Positions 18,902-28,643 are shown, counted from the first letter of the stretch. The stretch: 64,000 bases of DNA from an uncultured Actinomycetota bacterium (GCA_963792645.1 CAWBWS010000001.1:655973-719972); one strand, 5' to 3'. Made by a program: numbers and translations. Notes: generated by a model from the sequence alone, not told the origin.

Positions 18902-20509
18902 TCACGCGATCCACGTCCCTGATGTCTCGACCGAAGTCGTTGCCGTCATGTCGCCGGCCGCGCTGTCCCAGGCGTCGATGATCCGGCGGAGCAACTCGTC
19001 GGGGTGGTGCCCCTTCTCGATGTACCCGTGGGCGCCCGCGGCCATGGCGTCAGCCAGGGCGGTGTCGGTGGGTGACGCGTACAGCATGATGAGCAGCGAT
19101 CGCGGTGAGCTGCGGGCCAGATGTGGAATGGCTTCCAGACCGTCCATGACCGGCATCGCCATGTCGAGCACGATGAGGTCGGGTTGCTGGCGGGTCGCCT
19201 GCTCGATCCCCTGGCGGCCATCGCCGGCTTCGCCGACCACTTCGAAGCGCCCTGAGGCGCTCAGCCAGTACCGCAGCACCAGCCGCAGCGCCGGTTCGTC
19301 ATCGATGAGCAGGACCCGGACCAACGCGGCGGGCGGAGCTGTCGCGCCTTGCAGTGTCTTACAGCGTCGAGTCACGAGCTCGGCACGCCCGTGAACGTCG
19401 TTGTCGGTTTCACCTGACTGTCGCTGGGCGCCGGCCTCGACGACGGCCAACGCCCGTAGACGGGCCGCGGCCCGCTCGGTGCTGGTGCGTTGACGTTCTG
19501 CGACCCGGGCCAGCTCAGTGGCGACTTGGGCGAGGGCGTCGAGCAATGCCTTATCGGGCTTTCGGGCGTCGGGAGAAAAGAACTCCACCACCGCTACCGT
19601 CTCGCCGTCGAGTCGGACCGGAAAGGCCAGATGGGCCCGCACCCCGATCTCGGGGGTGGCACCGGCCCGCACGGCAGTCGGGTCGAGCGTCATGTCGCTC
19701 ACCCACAGCGGCGTGGGATCGTCGATCAAGCGGCCGACGAAGCCCTGCCCGGCCCGGAACGACGTCTGCGCGGTCACGGCCTGCAGAGCTTTGAAGCGCG
19801 CCGGCTGGTCCAGATGCCACATCCCCGAGGACACCAGCACCATTTCATCGTGACCGCCGGGCAGGTAGACATGGCCGACCGGCCAGCCGGTGTGTGCGCA
19901 GATCTCGTCCAGCGCCGACTGCAGGACCTCTGCGATGCTCGACGCCTGGTTGGCCGACGACGCCATCTTCTGCAGCAACCGGTAACGTCCAGTTGCCGCC
20001 TGCAGCTCTTCCTCGGCTCGCTTGGCGACCGTGATGTCTTGGGCGGTTCCCCGCATCTTCACGGCAGTACCCGTCTCGTCTCGGACCACCTCGCCCCGGC
20101 CGTGGACCCACACCACCTCGCCTTGGCCCCGAATAACGCGGTGCTCGACATCGAAGCCGTCCCCGCTTCCCAGAGTGGCGGCCACCTTGTCGTTCACCAC
20201 GGAACGGTCATCGGGATGAAGGCAGGACAGATAGGTCTCGAAGGTAGGCGGCACCTCGTCAGGTTCCAACCCGAAAATCCCGTACAGCTCGTGCGACCAG
20301 GTGACACAATCGGCCACCACGTCCCACTCCCAGCTGCCGAGTTTGGCGACCCGCTGAGCGTCGGCCAGTTCCCGCAGGATGTTGCGGGCCATGCTGACGT
20401 TTGCCAGTCCGCTCGCCGTGGACTCAGACATTGTCATGATCATCTCTTCCGTTCGCGTCAGAGCCGCCGATTGGGACCTCTCTGAAGAGCTGAAGAAGCG
20501 GGGTTGCAC
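18902..20509 (-). CDS. PAS-GAF-receiver (REC) signalling protein without kinase or DNA-binding output domain
   Basis: PAS: LGSWEWDVVADCVTWSHELYGIFG..HPDD..EHRVIRGQGEVVWVHGRGEV. GAF: the central part. REC: VRVLLIDDEPALR..DLIVLDMAMPVMDGLEA..GYIEKG. The start may instead be ATG 20443. Confidence 0.8.
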   Translation of the reverse strand: MQPRFFSSSERSQSAALTRTEEMIMTMSESTASGLANVSMARNILRELADAQRVAKLGSWEWDVVADCVTWSHELYGIFGLEPDEVPPTFETYLSCLHPDDRSVVNDKVAATLGSGDGFDVEHRVIRGQGEVVWVHGRGEVVRDETGTAVKMRGTAQDITVAKRAEEELQAATGRYRLLQKMASSANQASSIAEVLQSALDEICAHTGWPVGHVYLPGGHDEMVLVSSGMWHLDQPARFKALQAVTAQTSFRAGQGFVGRLIDDPTPLWVSDMTLDPTAVRAGATPEIGVRAHLAFPVRLDGETVAVVEFFSPDARKPDKALLDALAQVATELARVAERQRTSTERAAARLRALAVVEAGAQRQSGETDNDVHGRAELVTRRCKTLQGATAPPAALVRVLLIDDEPALRLVLRYWLSASGRFEVVGEAGDGRQGIEQATRQQPDLIVLDMAMPVMDGLEAIPHLARSSPRSLLIMLYASPTDTALADAMAAGAHGYIEKGHHPDELLRRIIDAWDSAAGDMTATTSVETSGTWIA

Positions 20510-20929
20510 TGCCGCATTCGAAAATCGGCTGACACCAGCTAAAGGTAACTCGTCTCATGAGACCCACATCTGTAGCCTGCCTCTGCAAAAACTCGGTTAC
20601 ATTCCGACGACGTCGACCTGAACCATATTTTCAATATTGGTATTTACCTCGATCACCATGTCGACACCGATCAGCTGTGATCTCAAGACTCGGTTGTCTC
20701 GTTGGGCAGCCTGACAGGTGGGCCATACTGGATCGTTACCGCGGCCGTGACTGTCGCCCGCCAGCGACATGGGACCACCTTGAGCTGGGACCACCTGGAG
20801 CCACCCAGAGGCGGCAAGATACACGTCGGGGGGTCCATCCCCGTTCGCCGCGGCGGGTCCCCACTGCCCTCACAAGCCCTTCCAAGCCGAGCTTGGGCGC
20901 CCGCCCGGCGTCGGCCAACTTGATCGCGC

Positions 20930-21619
20930 TCAGTGGCCCGTCCGCTCGGCCCTGAGGACCGCATCATGGATGGTGGTGGTGCACCCCTCCGGAGCGAGGG
21001 CGATACGGGGCCGCTCCTCGTCGACGACAATGCGCCACCCGTCAGGATCGAGTGATGCCGCGACATCGCTCGACGTGAAGAACCGGTCGGGCCGCTTCGG
21101 TCGCGGGACGGTGGTCTGCAAATCCGAGACGTGGTGGCCGACGATGAGCAGGGTGCCGCCGGGCGCGACCGCCGCCGCCAGCCGGCGATGGAGCAGTTCC
21201 CGCTGTTCCGGCGGGAGCTGCATGAACTGCGCCGAGACCAGGTCGTAGGAGTCGAGGGCGGGGACCCACGCCATGATGTCCGCCTGCCGCCAGGTGATGC
21301 GCGAGGCCACCTCGGCGCCCACTTCGGCGGCCCGGGCCGCCCCCCGCTCGAGGGCGACGGTGGAGATGTCGACCGCCGTCACCCGCCAGCCGCGCTCCGC
21401 CAGCCAGATGGCGTCCGCCCCTTCCCCGCACCCGATGTCGAGAGCCGCGCCAGGGGCCAAGTCGGCCACCTCGGTGACCAGGTGGGAATTTGCGTTTCCG
21501 CTCCAGAGAGCAGGGCTGGACCGGTAGCGCTCGTTCCACCAGATCTCATCCATGACCACGTCGGCGTGATCATCATGGTGGAGGTGGTCGTGCGCGTCGC
21601 CGCTTGACACGGATGTCAC
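20930..21619 (-). CDS. Class I SAM-dependent methyltransferase
   Basis: ALDIGCGEGADAIWLAERGWRVTAVDIS (motif I) and PGGTLLIVGH. Confidence 0.85.
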   Translation of the reverse strand: MTSVSSGDAHDHLHHDDHADVVMDEIWWNERYRSSPALWSGNANSHLVTEVADLAPGAALDIGCGEGADAIWLAERGWRVTAVDISTVALERGAARAAEVGAEVASRITWRQADIMAWVPALDSYDLVSAQFMQLPPEQRELLHRRLAAAVAPGGTLLIVGHHVSDLQTTVPRPKRPDRFFTSSDVAASLDPDGWRIVVDEERPRIALAPEGCTTTIHDAVLRAERTGH

Positions 21620-21648
21620 GTTATGCGCGCGCCGGATACCTTCGGGGC

Positions 21649-22620
21649 ATGACGGAACCTCAGCGTTGGGGAGTGATCGGCACTGGCAGCATCGCCGCCG
21701 CCTTCACCGCCGACCTGGACCTGACCGACTCAGGCCGGGTGGTGGCGGTCGGGTCGCGGCGCCAGGAGAGTGCGGACCGTTTCGCCGCTCGGTTCAACAT
21801 CCCGCGAGCCCACGGCTCGTATGACGCGCTGGTCAGCGACCCTTCCGTGGGCGTGGTGTACGTGGCGACCCCTCACCCCATGCACCACGCTGACGCCCAC
21901 CTGGCCCTCGATGCCGGGAAACCGGTCCTGGTCGAAAAGGCCTTCACCATGAACGCCGCGGAGGCCCGTGACCTGGTGGCGACCGCCCGCACCAAGGGGC
22001 TGTTCCTGATGGAGGCCATGTGGACGCGGTTCCTGCCGCACATCACCGAGATCCGGCGCATCCTCGCCGACGGGGCCCTGGGCGACATCGTGACGGTCAT
22101 GGCGGACCACGGGCAGTGGTTTCCGCCTGATCCCACGTCCCGGCTGTTCGATCCTGGCCTCGGTGGGGGCGCCCTGCTCGACCTGGGTGTCTACCCAGTG
22201 TCGTTCGCGTCCATGATCCTCGGCCGGCCTTCACGTATCGCGACCATGATCACCTCGGCATTCACAGGCGTCGATGGCCAGACCTCGATGCTGTTCGGCT
22301 ATGCCGGCGGAGCGCAGGCCGTCCTGACCTGCACGTCAGCCGCCAAGAGTCCGACCTGCGCCGCCATCGTGGGCACCGAAGGCCGCATCGAGATAGAGGG
22401 AGACTTCTACGCTCCGTCCTCGTTTTCGGTCGTCCCGAGGGAAGGGCCAGTGTCGCGGTTCGCAGAACGGCACGACGGTCGGGGGCTTCGGCACGAGGCC
22501 GATGAGGTGGCCCGCTGCCTGCGGGAGGGGCGGCTGGAAAGCCCGGTCATGCCCCTTGACGAGAGCGTGGCGATCATGGAGACCATGGACACCGTGCTGG
22601 CTCAGGCGACGGCGTCCTGA
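21649..22620 (+). CDS. Gfo/Idh/MocA family NAD(P)-dependent oxidoreductase
   Basis: MTEPQRWGVIGTGSIAAAF..VVAVGSRR..VYVATPHPMHHADAHLALDAGKPVLVEKAF. Confidence 0.85.
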   Translation: MTEPQRWGVIGTGSIAAAFTADLDLTDSGRVVAVGSRRQESADRFAARFNIPRAHGSYDALVSDPSVGVVYVATPHPMHHADAHLALDAGKPVLVEKAFTMNAAEARDLVATARTKGLFLMEAMWTRFLPHITEIRRILADGALGDIVTVMADHGQWFPPDPTSRLFDPGLGGGALLDLGVYPVSFASMILGRPSRIATMITSAFTGVDGQTSMLFGYAGGAQAVLTCTSAAKSPTCAAIVGTEGRIEIEGDFYAPSSFSVVPREGPVSRFAERHDGRGLRHEADEVARCLREGRLESPVMPLDESVAIMETMDTVLAQATAS

Positions 22621-22735
22621 TGGACGATCAGCGCTGCGCTCGGTCGTCGTCGGCGAGGATCTCGTCGTGGAGGTACTGCGCCAATCCGGCCGCCATCTCG
22701 GTGCGACGGCGCGAGACAGGATTGGCTGGCGCCCA

Positions 22736-23254
22736 CTACGTCGTCGGCGGTGATGTCGTGGTCGCGGGAGGGTTGGTCGTATCGACGGTGGTCGGCGGGA
22801 CAGTGGTGGTCGAAGCGACGGTGGTCGCCACGGTGGTCGGTGGTGTCGTCCTGCGTGGTGTGGTCACGGCGATCGTCGTCGAAGGGACAACGACCGCGAC
22901 GGTGGTCGACGAGCTGGTCGTGGTGGTCCCGGGCGTGGGGGACACCTTGTTGTTCCCGGTGCCGACCAACGCCACGATGATGACCAGCAGCAGGATGAAC
23001 CCGCCGGCCCACGCCAGGGCCTGGACCCACGGCGGCGTATCACGAAACCGCTGCCAGGGATTCGGCGGCCCGAGGGGCGGGACTGTCGGCGGCACGCCCC
23101 GCATGACCTGCGTCGGCGGCTCGCCGGCTGCCGGCTGGGCGACAGTCGGCATGGCGCTCTCCGGCACCGCGCTCTCAGGACTCTCGGGCCGGTACCACCG
23201 CCCATCCGACGCCCGCCGCCACCCGGGTCCCGGCCCTCCGGTCTGATCCGACAA
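22736..23254 (-). CDS. Membrane-anchored Thr/Pro-rich protein with N-terminal GW..DG.WY motif
   Basis: PGWRRASDGRWYRPE, then TM WVQALAWAGGFILLLVIIVALVG, then a T/P/V-rich tail. TTG 23254 is preferred because ATG 23305 overlaps the upstream small ORF. Confidence 0.55.
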   Translation of the reverse strand: MSDQTGGPGPGWRRASDGRWYRPESPESAVPESAMPTVAQPAAGEPPTQVMRGVPPTVPPLGPPNPWQRFRDTPPWVQALAWAGGFILLLVIIVALVGTGNNKVSPTPGTTTTSSSTTVAVVVPSTTIAVTTPRRTTPPTTVATTVASTTTVPPTTVDTTNPPATTTSPPTT

Positions 23255-23264
23255 GGACCGAAGG

Positions 23265-23351
23265 CTACAACCGGCTGCGACCCCGGTAGAAGAAGCCTCC
23301 GCCACCGAAGAGGAGGAGCAGGACCACGACGATCAGCAGGATGGTAAGCAT
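23265..23351 (-). CDS. Possible 28-aa hydrophobic peptide
   Basis: MLTILLIVVVLLLLFGGGGFFYRGRSRL has a single TM plus a basic tail. It lies 10 nt upstream of the next start. No clear SD. Confidence 0.35.
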   Translation of the reverse strand: MLTILLIVVVLLLLFGGGGFFYRGRSRL

Positions 23352-23360
23352 GGCGTAATC

Positions 23361-24314
23361 GTGCCCGCGCGCACAGCGTGGCAAACCAGCCCGAGGGCGG
23401 CCGGACCGACCCAGTCGGTACCATGGCGGACCGTGGCCGGAAGCAGCTCTGCGAGTGGCGCCAGCCGGACCCGGGCGCTCGTTCCCCTTCGGAGGCCGGG
23501 CCCGGAGCCGGATCCGTTGCCCGATCCACGGATCGGCGACGTGGATGAGTGGGGCCGGTCGGAGCACATGCGCAAGCTGGCCCGCCGGTTGTACGACCCG
23601 ATCTACCGGCACTGGTTCCGGGCCGAATGGGACGGCCTGGACAAACTGCCCCGCACCGGGGGTGCGCTGCTGGTCGCCAACCACGCCGGCGCCATCCCGA
23701 GCGATGCGCCGGTCATCATGCACGGCATCGAGACCGAGATCGGCCGGCCCGTGTACGGCTTGGCCGACTACATGTTCCGGTCGATACCGGTGGTCGGGAC
23801 CCTGTGGTCCCGGACCGGAGGGGTGCCGGCCCACCCCGACAACGCCTACCGGTTGCTGCGCCAGCAGCAGCAGCTGGTGGTCGTCTTCCCGGAGGGCACC
23901 AAGGGGACGGGTAAGCTCTACCGCGACCGCTACCAGCTGCGCCGGTTCGGCCGGGGCGGCTTCGTCGAGATCGCCATGCGGGCCGGCGTGCCGATCGTCC
24001 CCATCGCGGTGGTCGGCGCCGAGGAGTCCATGCCGATCATGTTCAAGTCCGCTACCGCGGCCCGGGCGCTCGGGCTCCCCTATTTCCCGATAACGGCCAA
24101 CATGTTGGCGTTCGGCCCGCTGCTGGGACCGCTGCTGTATTTTCCCGCCAAATTCAAACTCAAGGTCCTCGACCCGGTGACCATCGATGTGCCACCCGAC
24201 CAGGACCGCTACTCGCGGAGCCGGATCATGGACGAGGCCGAGGCCATCCGTGTCCGCCTGCAGGAGACGCTGTACCAGATGCTGAGGGAACGTTCCAGCA
24301 TCTGGTTCGGTTGA
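23361..24314 (+). CDS. 1-acyl-sn-glycerol-3-phosphate acyltransferase family (PlsC-like)
   Basis: LLVANHAGAIPSDAP (HX4D-type block) and VVVFPEGTKG. The N-terminal boundary is uncertain. Confidence 0.8.
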   Translation: MPARTAWQTSPRAAGPTQSVPWRTVAGSSSASGASRTRALVPLRRPGPEPDPLPDPRIGDVDEWGRSEHMRKLARRLYDPIYRHWFRAEWDGLDKLPRTGGALLVANHAGAIPSDAPVIMHGIETEIGRPVYGLADYMFRSIPVVGTLWSRTGGVPAHPDNAYRLLRQQQQLVVVFPEGTKGTGKLYRDRYQLRRFGRGGFVEIAMRAGVPIVPIAVVGAEESMPIMFKSATAARALGLPYFPITANMLAFGPLLGPLLYFPAKFKLKVLDPVTIDVPPDQDRYSRSRIMDEAEAIRVRLQETLYQMLRERSSIWFG

Positions 24315-24319
24315 ACGGC

Positions 24320-25363
24320 ATGGGACGTCGGGTCCTCGTCACGGGTCTGGCGTCGTTCTGGGGCGGCCGAGTGGCCCAGGCGCTCGAGAACGATCCGTCG
24401 GTCGAGGTCATCGTCGGGCTCGACACCAAGGAACCGACGGTCAGGCTGGAGCGGACCGAGTTCGTCCGTGCCGATCAGAGCTACTCGATCCTGTCGCGCA
24501 TCGTGCGGGCGGCCGACATCGACACCATCCTGCACACCTTCCTGGTGGTCGACTCGACCCGGATGAGCGGGCGGGCGCTGCACGAGGTCAACGTCATCGG
24601 CACCATGAACCTGCTGGCCGCCGCCGCCGCTCCGGACAGCCCGGTGCGCCACCTGGTGGTCAAGTCGTCGTCCCTCGTCTACGGCGCATCGCATCGGGAC
24701 CCCAACTGGTTCCGCGAGGACATGAAGCGGACGTCGTCGGCTCGGACCCGGCTGGAGCGCTCGTTGCTGGAAGCCGAGAGCTACCTGCACGATTTCGCCC
24801 AGGACAGCCCGCATGTCACGGTGGCCACACTGCGGTTCGCCAACGTGCTCGGCAGCGACATCGTCACACCGCTCTCCCGGGCGCTGGCGATGCCCGCCGT
24901 GCCGAGCATCTTCGGCTTCGACCCGCTGCTGCAGTTCTGCGAAGAGGACGACGTGGTCCGGTCCCTGGAATTCGTGATGCGGGCCGAACTGTCCGGCGTG
25001 TACAACGTCGCCGGCGACGGCCGCCTCCCGTGGAGCGAGGTGGCGGCCATGTGCGGCAAACGGCTGTTGCCTCTGCCCCCAGTGATGACCAGTCTGAGCA
25101 TCGCGCCCCTGACCCGGCTCGGTGCGTTGGAGATGCCTCCGGAGGTGCTCGACCTGCTCCGCTACGGGCGCGGCGTCGACACCAGTCGCCTCAAGCGGGC
25201 CGGGTTCGAGTACGGCTACACGTCGGCGGGCGCGGTCGAGAGCTACCTCAAGGCCCACCGGCTCCGGCAATCGCTCGGCGCCAAGAGCCCGGCGTACCGC
25301 TACGAGCGGGACGTAGAGAACTTCTTCCGGCACTCCCCGGCCGTGGTGCGCAACCCCCCCTAG
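24320..25363 (+). CDS. NAD-dependent epimerase/dehydratase family protein
   Basis: RVLVTGLASFWGGRVAQAL (Rossmann fold) and VVKSSSLVYG. ATG 24320 lies just after the upstream stop. Confidence 0.85.
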   Translation: MGRRVLVTGLASFWGGRVAQALENDPSVEVIVGLDTKEPTVRLERTEFVRADQSYSILSRIVRAADIDTILHTFLVVDSTRMSGRALHEVNVIGTMNLLAAAAAPDSPVRHLVVKSSSLVYGASHRDPNWFREDMKRTSSARTRLERSLLEAESYLHDFAQDSPHVTVATLRFANVLGSDIVTPLSRALAMPAVPSIFGFDPLLQFCEEDDVVRSLEFVMRAELSGVYNVAGDGRLPWSEVAAMCGKRLLPLPPVMTSLSIAPLTRLGALEMPPEVLDLLRYGRGVDTSRLKRAGFEYGYTSAGAVESYLKAHRLRQSLGAKSPAYRYERDVENFFRHSPAVVRNPP

Positions 25364-25382
25364 CCGGCAGTCACAACGACAG

Positions 25383-26000
25383 CTACGCCAGCCAGTCCGA
25401 CACGTACTCGTCGCGCTTGTGCCACCACTCCTCGGCGGTGATGGCGTAGCGGACGTGGTCCTCCCAGACCCCGTTGATCTCGAGGTAGCGGGTGGCGGTG
25501 CCCTCCTTGCGCAGCTGGAGCTTTTCGGCCACCCGGTGGCTCGGACGGTTACGGGGGATGATGGCCACCTGCACCCGGTGCAGGGCCAGCTCCTCGAAGG
25601 CGAAGCGGAACACCAGCACCGCCGCCTCGGGAACGTAGCTGTGGCCGGCCATGGCCTGATCGATCCAGTACCCGACGTAGGAGTTCTGGAACGGTCCCCG
25701 CTGAATCGACGACAGATTGATCTCGCCGGCGAACCGGGACGCCACGAAGATGCCGAACCCGTACCCGGTGCCGAGCTGCCGCTCCCGGTCGCGCGCCCCG
25801 CAGCGGGCGGCGAACACCCGCCGGTCCTCGGCGGCGTCCGGCTGGCCGACGATCGGCCTGGGTTCCCATTTGACCAGCCAGTCACGTGACCGGGTCCGGA
25901 CCTCACGCCACTGCTCGAAGTCGGTGGGCACCAGAGGACGGAGGGAAATGCGTCGCCCGACCAACTCGAGCGAGGACGGGCGGACGGCCCCCCAGCTCAC
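25383..26000 (-). CDS. GNAT family N-acetyltransferase (RimJ/RimL-like)
   Basis: ISLRPLVPTDFEQW..FGIFV..GYWIDQAMAGHSYVPEA..AFEELALHRVQVAIIPRNRPSHRVAEKL. Confidence 0.85.
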   Translation of the reverse strand: MSWGAVRPSSLELVGRRISLRPLVPTDFEQWREVRTRSRDWLVKWEPRPIVGQPDAAEDRRVFAARCGARDRERQLGTGYGFGIFVASRFAGEINLSSIQRGPFQNSYVGYWIDQAMAGHSYVPEAAVLVFRFAFEELALHRVQVAIIPRNRPSHRVAEKLQLRKEGTATRYLEINGVWEDHVRYAITAEEWWHKRDEYVSDWLA

Positions 26001-26028
26001 GACGCCACCCGCTCCCGTCCGCTCGCGT

Positions 26029-27138
26029 TCATCTCCCCAGGATCTCCCCCAGAGCGGCCAACAGCAAGGTCACGTTGGCCAACCGGGCGGTATGGCCCAT
26101 GCATCCGATACGCCACATGCGGCCGGCGTAGGCGCCGACCCCGCCGCCGATCTCGATGCCATACCGCTCGAGCAGTTGGCGCCGCACCTTGGCCTCGTCC
26201 ACACCCTCGGGCGTCAGCACCGTCGTGAGCTCCGGGAGCCGGTAACCATCGGCCGCGAACAGCTCGAGGCCCATGGCCTGCAGGCCGTCATGCAGCAGGG
26301 CGCCGCACTCGGCGTGGCGGACCAGCGCACTGTCGAGACCCTCGTCGAGCAGGGCGCCCAGCCCGGCGTGCAGGGACATGATCATGGCCACGGGCGCCGT
26401 GTGGTGGTACTTGCGGGCACCGGTCGTGGAGGCGTAGTCGCCAATCATGCCCAGATCGAGGTACCAGCTCTGCGAGCGTTCAACCCGGCGATCGCGGGCC
26501 CGTTCGTTCATGGTGAACGGCGACAGGCCGGGCGCCACACCGAGGCACTTCTGGGTGCCGCTGTAGGCCACGTCGACGCCCCATCCGTCGATGTCGACGG
26601 GGATACCGCCGAGTGACGTGACGCAGTCGGCGAGGAGGAGTGGGCCGGGGCCGGCGTCCTCGTGCCGGGGCATGGCGGCCGCCAGGGCGGCGATGTCGTT
26701 GCGGACCCCTGTGCTGGTCTCGGCGTGCACCGCGGCGATCAGCTTCGGGTTGGGGTGGGCGCCCACGACCTGCTCGGGGTCGATGGGCCGGCCCCACGCC
26801 GTGTCGACCCGCACGACGTCGGCCCGGCACCGGGCGGCGACGTCGCACATCCGCTCCCCGAACAGCCCGTTGACGGCGATGACAACGGTGTCGCCGGGGC
26901 CGGCCAGGTTGACGAACGCCGCCTCCATCCCGGCCGAGCCGGTGCCCGACAGTGGCAGCGTGAGCTGGTTGGCGGTGCTCCACACCTGGCGGAGCCGGTC
27001 GCAAGTCTCGTCGAGCAACTCGAGAAAGACCGGATCGAGATGGCCGAGCATGGGCCGGCTGAAGGCTTCCGTCGCCTCGGGATAGGGATTCGATGGGCCG
27101 GGACCCATGAGGATCCGCTCGGGGTGCGGCATTGGCAC
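26029..27138 (-). CDS. Class V aminotransferase (alanine-glyoxylate / serine-pyruvate type)
   Basis: MGPGPSNPYP..LPLSGTGSAGMEAA..VHAETSTGV..SGTQKCLGVAPGLSP. Confidence 0.85.
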   Translation of the reverse strand: MPMPHPERILMGPGPSNPYPEATEAFSRPMLGHLDPVFLELLDETCDRLRQVWSTANQLTLPLSGTGSAGMEAAFVNLAGPGDTVVIAVNGLFGERMCDVAARCRADVVRVDTAWGRPIDPEQVVGAHPNPKLIAAVHAETSTGVRNDIAALAAAMPRHEDAGPGPLLLADCVTSLGGIPVDIDGWGVDVAYSGTQKCLGVAPGLSPFTMNERARDRRVERSQSWYLDLGMIGDYASTTGARKYHHTAPVAMIMSLHAGLGALLDEGLDSALVRHAECGALLHDGLQAMGLELFAADGYRLPELTTVLTPEGVDEAKVRRQLLERYGIEIGGGVGAYAGRMWRIGCMGHTARLANVTLLLAALGEILGR

Positions 27139-27183
27139 GCATGCTATCGACGCGGCGTCGGCAGCGTCAGCGCCGGCTGAGCG

Positions 27184-28131
27184 TCAGACGAGCAGGCTCA
27201 TGGCCACGCCGTCGAGGATGTCGGCCTCGGACACCAGGCACTCCTGGAAACCGAAATGGCGCATGACCGCGACCAGCACGAGGCACCCGGCGACGATCAC
27301 GTCGGCCCGCGCCTCTTCGAGACCCGGGTTCCCGAGCCGCTGCGCCCGATTCTCGGTCGCCAGGGTGCGGAACACGTCCTCGACCGCGGCCCGCGTCAGC
27401 ACGAAGTGGTGGACCTTCTCCCCGTCGTAACTGGCCAGGCCAAGCTCCACCGCCGCCACCGTCGTGACCGTGCCGGCCAGGCCCACCAGCTGGATCGCGT
27501 CCTCGACGGCCGGTACCTCCCGGCCAACATCGTCGAGGTAGCCGGCGACGACCGACAACGCCTGGGAGAGCTCCTCGGCCGTCGGCGGGTCGTGATGCAG
27601 GAACCGCTCGGTGAGCCGGACGCAGCCAACGTCCACCGACAGCACACCGAGGGGCGTGAAACGGCCGGTGCCGACTGCGCCCGGCGCCGGTCCGACCGCG
27701 AACTCGGTGGAGCCGCCGCCGATGTCGACGACCAGGAAAGGGCCCGCGGCCGGGTCCAGTGAAGCCGTGGCGCCGACGAACGAGAGCCGGGCCTCCTCGC
27801 GGCCGTCCAGCAGCTCCGGGCGCACGCCCACGATGGCTTCCGCGGCCGAGAAGAAGTGCTCGCGATTCGTCGCATCCCGAGCCGCCGAGGTGGCGGTGAC
27901 GCGGATCCGGAGAGGAGCCACCCCGTAGCCGTCCATCACCCGGCGGAACTCGCGGAGCACGGCGGCCGTCCTTTCGATGGCCGCCGGGTCGAGCGACCGG
28001 GTCCGGTCGACGCCCTGGCCCAACCGGGTGATCCTCATCAGCCGTTCGAGGGGCTCCCCGTCGGGACCGGCCACCAGGAGGCGGGTGGAGTTGGTGCCGC
28101 AATCGATCGCCGCCACGGGCGTCGCCGTCAT
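27184..28131 (-). CDS. ppx: Exopolyphosphatase / guanosine pentaphosphate phosphohydrolase family (Ppx/GppA)
   Basis: MTATPVAAIDCGTNSTRLLV..RVTATSAARDA..VVDIGGGSTEF. ATG at 28131. Confidence 0.9.
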   Translation of the reverse strand: MTATPVAAIDCGTNSTRLLVAGPDGEPLERLMRITRLGQGVDRTRSLDPAAIERTAAVLREFRRVMDGYGVAPLRIRVTATSAARDATNREHFFSAAEAIVGVRPELLDGREEARLSFVGATASLDPAAGPFLVVDIGGGSTEFAVGPAPGAVGTGRFTPLGVLSVDVGCVRLTERFLHHDPPTAEELSQALSVVAGYLDDVGREVPAVEDAIQLVGLAGTVTTVAAVELGLASYDGEKVHHFVLTRAAVEDVFRTLATENRAQRLGNPGLEEARADVIVAGCLVLVAVMRHFGFQECLVSEADILDGVAMSLLV

Positions 28132-28142
28132 GTGCAAGGCGG

Positions 28143-28613
28143 TCACGGCCGGGCCGGGGCGGCGGCCGCCTGCAGCCGCGCGTGGACCCATCTGCCCACC
28201 GGGTCGTCTCCCCCGGCCAGATACCAGGCGTAGTGGGCGTGCAGGCATTTGACGCCCTGCCGGGTGCCGCCGACCCCCCCTGACGGGCGGGGCCCGGTCC
28301 AGCCGGCCGGAACGGCGGCGTCGCGCTCGTCGGCGTACGCGGCGTGGGCGGCGGCCAGCCGGTCTGGATCGACCGCCGCCTTGGCCGCCTTGACGCCACC
28401 GGCCGCCTCCAGGTGGTCGACGGCCAGGCACTCGTCGCGCCCGATCAGCCAGTACCGCGTGGGCATCGGCGTCCCGTCGTCGAGAAACGGGGCGTTGCGG
28501 ATGACGACCGGGCCGCCGTCGCGCCCGTGGACGACCACCTCGAACGCTCCCTGGGGAACCCGGCCCAGCAGCGCCGCCACCTGGGCGACCTGGTGGACCG
28601 GGTCGTCGTTCAC
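28143..28613 (-). CDS. DUF501 domain protein
   Basis: GTPMPTRYWLI..GGVGGTRQGVKCLHAHYAWYLAGGDDPVG. It sits in the usual position next to ppx. Confidence 0.85.
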   Translation of the reverse strand: MNDDPVHQVAQVAALLGRVPQGAFEVVVHGRDGGPVVIRNAPFLDDGTPMPTRYWLIGRDECLAVDHLEAAGGVKAAKAAVDPDRLAAAHAAYADERDAAVPAGWTGPRPSGGVGGTRQGVKCLHAHYAWYLAGGDDPVGRWVHARLQAAAAPARP

Positions 28614-28643
28614 CGGGCGAGGCTATCCGGAGCGGCTAGGTGG

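Noticed and set aside
20597-20824. 75-aa minus-strand ORF in the AT-richer spacer
   Set aside because: It has odd composition and no SD, and it partly lies in the AT-rich patch. A promoter or UTR is more likely.
18450-22620. tRNA-Leu-flanked genomic island or integrative element
   Set aside because: I saw no integrase, excisionase or transposase, and no direct repeat of the tRNA 3' end downstream. Only a modest AT-richer spacer is present.
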